A DNA stretch of 10,851 bases from Atribacterota bacterium (GTDB taxonomy: Bacteria > Atribacterota > Phoenicimicrobiia > Phoenicimicrobiales > Phoenicimicrobiaceae): assembly GCA_038203565.1 (NCBI GenBank), contig JBBRDV010000045.1, positions 1-10,851 of the forward strand, given 5' to 3'. Position numbers and translations under genes: made by a program. Positions 6,044 through 10,851 of this stretch are shown here, piece after piece (within the stretch, counting starts at the first letter, position 1; the number at the start of each line of letters is the position of its first letter). The notes under the pieces are model-generated. The model was not told the origin of the DNA, searched no databases, and was given only the letters and a program-made list of their open reading frames with translations.

Positions 6044-6183
6044 TTATTTAACTATTTTATATTTTCTTTTAAAACTTTTTTGTTTTTCGTGTAACTAAAC
6101 TATAATATTTAGTAATTCCTTGATATATATTCGCCAGGCAATTCTTTTAGAAGATCATCAAGCTTTTTCTTTGGTATATTCAT
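6044..6183 (-). pseudogene. Possible DUF2281-like small antitoxin remnant
   Basis: MNIPRKKLDDLLKELPGEY, then after a 2-nt slip in an AT run IKELLNIIV*LHEKQK...; resembles the LPxxxxKELLDFIxFL pattern. Upstream TG-A-TATAAT at 6224-6216. Confidence 0.35.
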
Positions 6184-6300
6184 AATTAAAACCTTCGTTC
6201 AATTATTTTAAGAATATTATATCACCTTAAACTGATAAAAAGAAATATCCTCTTCTCCAATTATCCAATTTTCTAATTAAAGTTAGAGGAAAAAGATTAC

Positions 6301-6366
6301 AGGAACTTCGGCTATATAGGCTTGGTCTTTTTCGCTCCACCATACAATAACTTCGTATTTATACAT
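6301..6366 (-). pseudogene. hicB: HicB antitoxin 5' fragment (frameshifted, truncated)
   Basis: AGGAGG RBS, then MYKYEVIVWWSE and, after a 1-nt shift, DQAYIAEVP. This is the classic HicB N-terminus (...EDxxYxAxVPELPGC), and it stops before ELPGC. Confidence 0.75.
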
Positions 6367-6411
6367 TCTTCTCCTCCTTATGAAGTTTGTATTTTATTAT
6401 TATTTTCTAAT
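6359..6411 (-). pseudogene. HicA toxin 3' stub fused to the end of the RelE-like gene
   Basis: IRK/(shift)IIKYKLHKEEKNV*, with its stop overlapping the hicB start; resembles HicA C-termini of the type ...QVRxIIxKYKL. Confidence 0.45.
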
Positions 6412-6669
6412 GGTGGCAAATTTATAGACATCTTTTCGATTGCCAATAGCAATTATTCTTATTTCTTTATCAACAATTCTATAAATAATTCTCCAATCCC
6501 CTACTCGTAGTTTTCTATAGCCCCTTAAATTTCCACGAAGATAAAATCCATACTTTATTGGATTAACCATTAAACGATTCCTAATGGCAATTTCTATTCT
6601 TACGGCAATATCAGAACTCAATCTTGGGATATCTTCATTTTTTACTTTGGGATGATATTTAATTTTCAC
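6400..6669 (-). CDS. RelE/ParE family toxin
   Basis: LRGNLRGYRKLRVGDWRIIY...IIAIGNRKDVY motif; the GTG start overlaps the antitoxin TGA. Confidence 0.92.
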   Translation of the reverse strand: MKIKYHPKVKNEDIPRLSSDIAVRIEIAIRNRLMVNPIKYGFYLRGNLRGYRKLRVGDWRIIYRIVDKEIRIIAIGNRKDVYKFATIRK

Positions 6670-6899
6670 TTTTGTTTTTTATTCCACACTTCTTCATGGG
6701 TTAAGCCATTTTCCCAATTAAATTTATCTTCCCTTTCAGATGCAATCCTATCGAAGTATCTATCCTCAAAGATCTCTAATCCTTCACAGATTAAATCTCT
6801 ACAAAGACTGGAAATTGAAACTCCCTTTTCTTCCGCCATTTGTTTTATTAAGTCCCTAACGGGGGGTTCTAATAATACAAGTGTTCTTTGATTACTCAC
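6666..6899 (-). CDS. RHH-family antitoxin partner of the RelE-like toxin
   Basis: RTLVLLEPPVRDLIKQMAEEKGVSISSLCRDLI (RHH), acidic C-terminus LTHEEVW. GTG at 6899 is preferred over 6908 because the GAGGTG RBS lies at 6911-6906. Confidence 0.85.
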   Translation of the reverse strand: MSNQRTLVLLEPPVRDLIKQMAEEKGVSISSLCRDLICEGLEIFEDRYFDRIASEREDKFNWENGLTHEEVWNKKQK

Positions 6900-6918
6900 A
6901 TTTATCACCTCTATTCAT

Positions 6919-6948
6919 AGAGTATCATATATGATACATTATTGTCAA
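6919..6948 (-). promoter_or_regulatory. Sigma70 promoter with palindromic operator of the RelBE-like operon
   Basis: TTGACA (6948-6943), N18, TACTCT with upstream TG; 16-bp palindrome GTATCATATATGATAC (6922-6937). Confidence 0.6.
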
Positions 6949-6973
6949 AAATTATTGCAGGTTCGATAAAGAT

Positions 6974-7011
6974 TCACCCCACCTTAATCCTCCCCCCCTC
7001 AAGGGGGAGGA
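6974..7011. repeat. CCCCACCTTAATCCTCCCC...GGGGAGGA repeat
   Basis: Hairpin TCCTCCCCC / GGGGGAGGA, preceded by a REP half (GGTTCGAT, 6960-6967). Confidence 0.8.
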
Positions 7012-7028
7012 TAATTTAAGAAAGGATG

Positions 7029-7083
7029 GATTCCCGTTTCCGCCTGCCTGTGCGTTTACGCACGCAGACAGGCAGGAATGACA
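7029..7083. repeat. ATTCCC-N8-(G/A)GGAAT repeat with a 30-nt CCTG...CAGG element
   Basis: GATTCCCGTTTCCG[7043-7072]CAGGAATGACA. Confidence 0.85.
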
Positions 7084-7094
7084 TAAAGAGAAGG

Positions 7095-7544
7095 TTATGT
7101 GGCTTCGTATACGTGTATTTGGAAGTCTTCACTGTTGAATTTTTGTAATTTAACACTATTTACTGCCGGAACTACTACAAAAACTCTATCATTATTATCT
7201 TTTGGGTCTATAGGATAGGCAAAAAATCCTTTACGTTCCGGATTATAGCTATGGGTGGTACCATAGAAATTTTCACCATCCCTAAATATTATTATTACTT
7301 TGCGTTCACTTGGCGTTCTTTTGGGTTGTCCCTCAAAAGTTCTAACTTTTTTATAATTCTTATCGCCGATAAAATCTTTTACAAAAAATACCGCTTTAAG
7401 GGAAGATATCTCTATTTCTAAAATTTCATTACCATCTTCTTCTATGGTATGTAAATGAAATACATCTGCATTGGGCTTAAAATCAGTTGACCAACCTTTT
7501 CGGATTTCACCATCTTTAAATTTTACTACAATTTTGTTTGACAT
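7095..7544 (-). CDS. Conserved hypothetical protein, DUF6982-like, paralog 2
   Basis: Two internal beta-rich repeats (KIVVKFKDGEIRKG / KVIIIFRDGENFYG), LKAVFFVKDF and GFFxYPIDPKDN motifs. The family name is from recall. Confidence 0.75.
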   Translation of the reverse strand: MSNKIVVKFKDGEIRKGWSTDFKPNADVFHLHTIEEDGNEILEIEISSLKAVFFVKDFIGDKNYKKVRTFEGQPKRTPSERKVIIIFRDGENFYGTTHSYNPERKGFFAYPIDPKDNNDRVFVVVPAVNSVKLQKFNSEDFQIHVYEAT

Positions 7545-7582
7545 TATTTTTTAGTTTCCCTTCTTTGTATAATTTATTATAC

Positions 7583-7640
7583 GAGATTGCTTCGTCGCTT
7601 CGTTCCTCGCAATGACAGAGGAAAATGCCTCGCAATGACA
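7583..7640. repeat. GAGATTGCTTCG...CTCGCAATGACA repeat module
   Basis: Full unit 7583-7617 plus half unit 7628-7640, lying between the two paralogous genes. Confidence 0.85.
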
Positions 7641-7650
7641 GATTTTTACT

Positions 7651-8073
7651 TTATATTTCAATTTTCTCCAGGCGGACGTTCTCTACTGCTGAATGAACTA
7701 CAAAAATTCTTTCACTGTTATCTTTTGGGTCGATAGGATACATAAAGAATCCTACTTTGTGTCTGCCATAGTTGTGACTGGTACCGTATAAATGTTCTCC
7801 ATCTTTAAAATTAACAATTAACTTACGTTGGCTGGGAGTTATATTAAAGTCAACGTTAAAGGTTCTAACTTTTTTATAATTTTTATCTCCTATAAAATCT
7901 TTTACAAAAAATACTGCTTTTAAAGGCTCAAAATTAATTTCCATTCTCTCTTCTTCGCTATATTCAATAAGCGGAAAAAATATAAATGATCCTCTATCGA
8001 GTCGAAAATCTTCAACCCAGCCTTTTATAATTTCTCCATTTTGGTATTTTACTACAGCCTTTTTTTTGTGCAT
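7651..8073 (-). CDS. Conserved hypothetical protein, DUF6982-like, paralog 1
   Basis: Shares an identical 22-aa block LKAVFFVKDFIGDKNYKKVRTF with 7095-7544; GGAGGAG RBS. Confidence 0.75.
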   Translation of the reverse strand: MHKKKAVVKYQNGEIIKGWVEDFRLDRGSFIFFPLIEYSEEERMEINFEPLKAVFFVKDFIGDKNYKKVRTFNVDFNITPSQRKLIVNFKDGEHLYGTSHNYGRHKVGFFMYPIDPKDNSERIFVVHSAVENVRLEKIEI

Positions 8074-8088
8074 TTTATTAAGCTCCTC

Positions 8089-8112
8089 CGGGTTTGGTAA
8101 ACGAACCCCTAC
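8089..8112 (-). repeat. Degenerate GTAG-type REP without the insert
   Basis: CGGGTTTGGTAAACGAACCCCTAC compared with the reconstructed empty REP CGGGTTCGATGAATCGAACCCCTAC. Confidence 0.6.
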
Positions 8113-8159
8113 CTTTTAGTAGGCATACAGGTCTGCCCTGCTTGAGATTGCATTTAAAA

Positions 8160-8870
8160 TTAAATATCTTTTAATTCTTTTTTTAAAGTTTTTAAGGCTT
8201 CGTTTTTTATTCGAGAAACCTGCCTTTGGGAAATCGTTAATTTTTTGGCTGTTTTAGCCTGAGTCAGATCTTTGATGAAAATATAGTTAATAACCTTACG
8301 CTGTAAATTTTTTAATTTATTTAAAGCAAGCTCTAAGGCAATTAAATCTTCTACAGGCAGCCGAAAGCTTTTATAATGGTCATTCTTTATTTTTTCTAAT
8401 GAAGGCTGCTCATTGTAGTCATAAGTACGATTTCCCTGGTCAATAGAAACCACATGGACAACATCTCTTGCCTTTAACACCTCTTTAACTCCTTCTACTG
8501 TAAGGTTAAACTCTTCTGCAATTTTTTTTAGAGATGGTGTCTGTTTAGTTTCTTCTTTATATTTTACTATATATTCGTCTATTCTCCTATTCAGTTCAGT
8601 TATCCAGTGAGGAATTCTTATGGGTTGATGTTTATCTCTGATATAATGCCTGATTTCTCCGGAGATAAACCAGGAGGCATAGGTTTCAAATTTCACTTTC
8701 CGTTGTTGATTATAAAGATTTATAGCATTAATTAGGCCAATATACCCTAACTGCTCTAAATCTTCTAATGGCTCACCAGAATTTTTAAATTGGTAGGCAA
8801 TATTTTTTACTAAAGGTTTGAATTTTAGAATCTGTTCGTCAGTGATTTCTTTATTTATATCTAATGCCAT
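8160..8870 (-). CDS. RNA polymerase sigma factor, SigB/SigF/SigG family
   Basis: Region 2 EDLEQLGYIGLINAI...KFETYA...GEIRHYIRD, region 3, and region 4 HTH TQAKTAKKLTISQRQVSRI; GGAGG RBS. Confidence 0.92.
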   Translation of the reverse strand: MALDINKEITDEQILKFKPLVKNIAYQFKNSGEPLEDLEQLGYIGLINAINLYNQQRKVKFETYASWFISGEIRHYIRDKHQPIRIPHWITELNRRIDEYIVKYKEETKQTPSLKKIAEEFNLTVEGVKEVLKARDVVHVVSIDQGNRTYDYNEQPSLEKIKNDHYKSFRLPVEDLIALELALNKLKNLQRKVINYIFIKDLTQAKTAKKLTISQRQVSRIKNEALKTLKKELKDI

Positions 8871-8890
8871 AATAATGCTCCCTCCACACC

Positions 8891-9604
8891 TTAATCGCTT
8901 TCGATGCTTTCTTTTAATTCTTTAAGGGCAGAATCTTTTATTCGGGAAATTTGCCTTTGAGAAATGCCCAATTTACGAGCTATGTTTGTTTGAGTTAAAT
9001 CTTTTTCGAAAATATAATAGATTACTTTTCGCTGTAAATTTTTTAATCTGCTCAAAGCAGTTTTTAAAGCAATAATATCTTCTATCGGCAGTTTAAATGT
9101 TTCATAATTTTTACTCTTTATTTTTTCTATTTTAGGATAGCTGTCAGAATTATATTTTCTCTGTTCCTGGTCAAGGGAAACTATTTGAACTGCCTCCCGA
9201 GCTTTCAGAATTTCTTTTATCCCTTCTTCGGTTAGGTTAAATTTTTCAGATATTTCAGAAAGTGATGGAAATCTATTATTTTCTTTTTTATAGGAAATAA
9301 TAAATTCGTCTATTTTTTTATTTAATTTTAACATCCAGCCGGGAATTTTTATTACCTGATGCTTGTCTCTGATATAATGACGGATTTCACCGGAGATAAG
9401 CCAGGTAGCATAGGTTTTGAATTTTACTCCCCTTTCGTGATTGTAAAGATTAAAGGCATTGATTAATCCTACATAGCCCACTTGTTCTAAGTCTTCTAAG
9501 GGTTCTCCAGAATTTTTGAATTTATAAGAAATATTCTTTACCAAGGGTTGGTATTCTTTTATTTGAGCATCGGTTATTTTTTGTGTGTTAGCTGTTACGG
9601 TCAT
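8891..9604 (-). CDS. RNA polymerase sigma factor, SigB/SigF/SigG family (tandem paralog)
   Basis: EDLEQVGYVGLINAF...KFKTYA...GEIRHYIRD and TQTNIARKLGISQRQISRI; colinear with 8160-8870. Confidence 0.92.
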   Translation of the reverse strand: MTVTANTQKITDAQIKEYQPLVKNISYKFKNSGEPLEDLEQVGYVGLINAFNLYNHERGVKFKTYATWLISGEIRHYIRDKHQVIKIPGWMLKLNKKIDEFIISYKKENNRFPSLSEISEKFNLTEEGIKEILKAREAVQIVSLDQEQRKYNSDSYPKIEKIKSKNYETFKLPIEDIIALKTALSRLKNLQRKVIYYIFEKDLTQTNIARKLGISQRQISRIKDSALKELKESIESD

Positions 9605-9618
9605 AATAGTGATCCTTG

Positions 9619-9673
9619 CGGGTTCGATGCCTGCCTGTGCGTTCCCGCACGCAGACAGGAATCGAGCCCCTAC
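9619..9673 (-). repeat. GTAG-type REP hairpin with the 30-nt CCTG...CAGG element
   Basis: Insert at 9630-9659; differs from 4333-4387 at a single position. Confidence 0.85.
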
Positions 9674-9680
9674 AAATTAA

Positions 9681-9715
9681 TCCCCCCACCTTAATCCTCC
9701 CCTTAAGGGGGAGGA
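9681..9715. repeat. CCCCACCTTAATCCTCCCC...GGGGAGGA repeat
   Basis: Hairpin TCCTCCCC / GGGGAGGA beginning 17 nt after the pilC stop. Confidence 0.8.
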
Positions 9716-9732
9716 AAGTGTAAGAAATATTT

Positions 9733-10851
9733 TTATTGGATTAGGTTTACCATGTTAAATATCGGCAGGTACATGGCGATGATCATAACGCCAACAGTTA
9801 AAGCGATAAATGCCATCATAAGCGGCTCAATAATGGCGGTTAGCTTTTCTACAGCCCTATCCACTTCTTCATCATAAAATTTTGCTACATTAAGTAACAT
9901 TTCTTCTAACTCACCACTCTCTTCACCAACCATGATCATCTGGGTAACCATAGGAGGAAATACGCCGCTGGCGGTTAGAGGGCCTGAGATGCTCTGTCCT
10001 TCTTTTATCTTTGTTCTGGCACCAAGAACAGCCGAAGATATGACTAAGTTTCCTATAGCATTAGATGATACCTGTAATGCTTCCAAAATAGGGACTCCGC
10101 TTTTAATCAAGGTTCCGAGAATTCTGGTAAACCTGGAAACAGCACTTTTTCTATTAATTTCACCAATTATTGGCGCATGTAATTTAAATTTATCAAAATT
10201 AAGTTTGCCACTCGGTGTTTTTTTATAAGACAAAAAAGCAGCAACCAAGCCGGCAAAAACTATAAAAAATAGATACCAATACTTGTTAAATAATATGGTC
10301 AAGGTTACAAAAAATTGGGTAAGAGCCGGAAGTTCTCCGCCAAATTGTTTAAATACCCCTACAAATTGGGGTAAAATAAAGGCTAACATAAAAATAGACA
10401 TGATTACTGCAGCACCGGCTACAAAAGAAGGATAAGCCATTGCAGATTTTACTTTCTGTCTAAGGGCAAATTCCTTTTCCATTAAATCTGCAATTTTATT
10501 TAATATTTCGTCTAATACTCCTCCGACCTCCCCCGCTCTAACCATACTAAGATATAATTCAGAAAATACTTGAGGATATTTTGCCATGGCATCAGCTAAA
10601 GTAGATCCTGCTTCAACATCAGACTTAATTACATTAATATTATTCGCTAATGCTTTATTTTCCACTTGTTCAGTCAAGATATCTAATGAGTTTACCAAGG
10701 TTAAGCCGGCATTAACCATGGTAGCAAATTGTCGATAAAATATGGTTAGGTCTCTGAGTTTTATGCCTTTGAAAAGGTTTAATTGCGTAGAAAATAGAAT
10801 ATTTTTCTTTTTTTCGATGACGGAAGTAATATAGTAATCCATTTCTCTGAG
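9733..10851 (-). CDS. pilC: Type IV pilus inner-membrane platform protein PilC (GspF family), 5'-partial
   Basis: FYRQFATMVNAGL, MVRAGEVGGVLD, SAMAYP, GEESGELEEML and IIEP motifs. The frame stays open to the window edge (LRE precedes the Met at 10842), so the true start is probably outside the window. Confidence 0.95.
   Translation of the reverse strand, partial: LREMDYYITSVIEKKKNILFSTQLNLFKGIKLRDLTIFYRQFATMVNAGLTLVNSLDILTEQVENKALANNINVIKSDVEAGSTLADAMAKYPQVFSELYLSMVRAGEVGGVLDEILNKIADLMEKEFALRQKVKSAMAYPSFVAGAAVIMSIFMLAFILPQFVGVFKQFGGELPALTQFFVTLTILFNKYWYLFFIVFAGLVAAFLSYKKTPSGKLNFDKFKLHAPIIGEINRKSAVSRFTRILGTLIKSGVPILEALQVSSNAIGNLVISSAVLGARTKIKEGQSISGPLTASGVFPPMVTQMIMVGEESGELEEMLLNVAKFYDEEVDRAVEKLTAIIEPLMMAFIALTVGVMIIAMYLPIFNMVNLIQ

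Noticed and set aside
6133..6144. ELPG peptide as the continuation of the hicB fragment (AEVP-ELPG)
   Set aside because: It lies about 155 nt away, is not followed by C-x-x-x-G, and fits better within a separate helical DUF2281-like frame with its own start; unresolved but unlikely.
4333..7083. Classical integron cassette array
   Set aside because: The TA genes are co-oriented, but I found no convincing RYYYAAC...GTTRRRY attC sites after the genes and no integrase in the window.
3095..9715. CRISPR array interpretation of the 30-35-nt palindromic repeats
   Set aside because: The copies are dispersed, belong to several families, are not regularly spaced by unique spacers, and there are no cas genes.
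25..10228. Plus-strand ORFs 25-255, 1169-1357, 2326-2559, 5352-5681, 6322-6510, 6652-6891 and 9932-10228
   Set aside because: They are antisense shadows of well-supported minus-strand genes, or span promoter and terminator DNA; none has a recognisable domain.
10840..10842. Met at 10842 as the pilC start
   Set aside because: The frame is open to the window end and the usual N-terminal segment of PilC is missing, so the gene is probably truncated by the window.

Overview
AT-rich bacterial type IV pilus locus in which every credible gene is on the minus strand. In transcription order it carries: pilC (5'-truncated at the window edge), two tandem SigB/SigF-family sigma factors, two tandem paralogous DUF6982-like proteins, a block of toxin-antitoxin (TA) modules, two paralogous major-type pilins, AbiEi, a small ribbon-helix-helix (RHH) protein, a Glu5-less pilin and pilD. 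The TA block contains intact RelBE-like and HEPN/MNT pairs, a DUF433 antitoxin, and remnants of HicAB, DUF2281-like and DUF5615-PIN genes; an AbiEii remnant follows AbiEi further downstream. Several things are not visible in the ORF track. (i) Both major pilins have the same SigB-like promoter, GTCTAA-N14-GGGAAT. (ii) One pilin leader holds a complete c-di-GMP-I riboswitch with a repeat inserted in its L3 loop, plus a second 5' half-aptamer that can pair with the same 3' strand; an orphan 3' half lies about 2 kb away. (iii) Three toxin genes are reduced to terminal stubs. (iv) A 30-nt CCTG...CAGG hairpin element is inserted without target duplication into two different host repeat families and, inverted, into itself. 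All family assignments come from motif recognition by eye; no database search was run.
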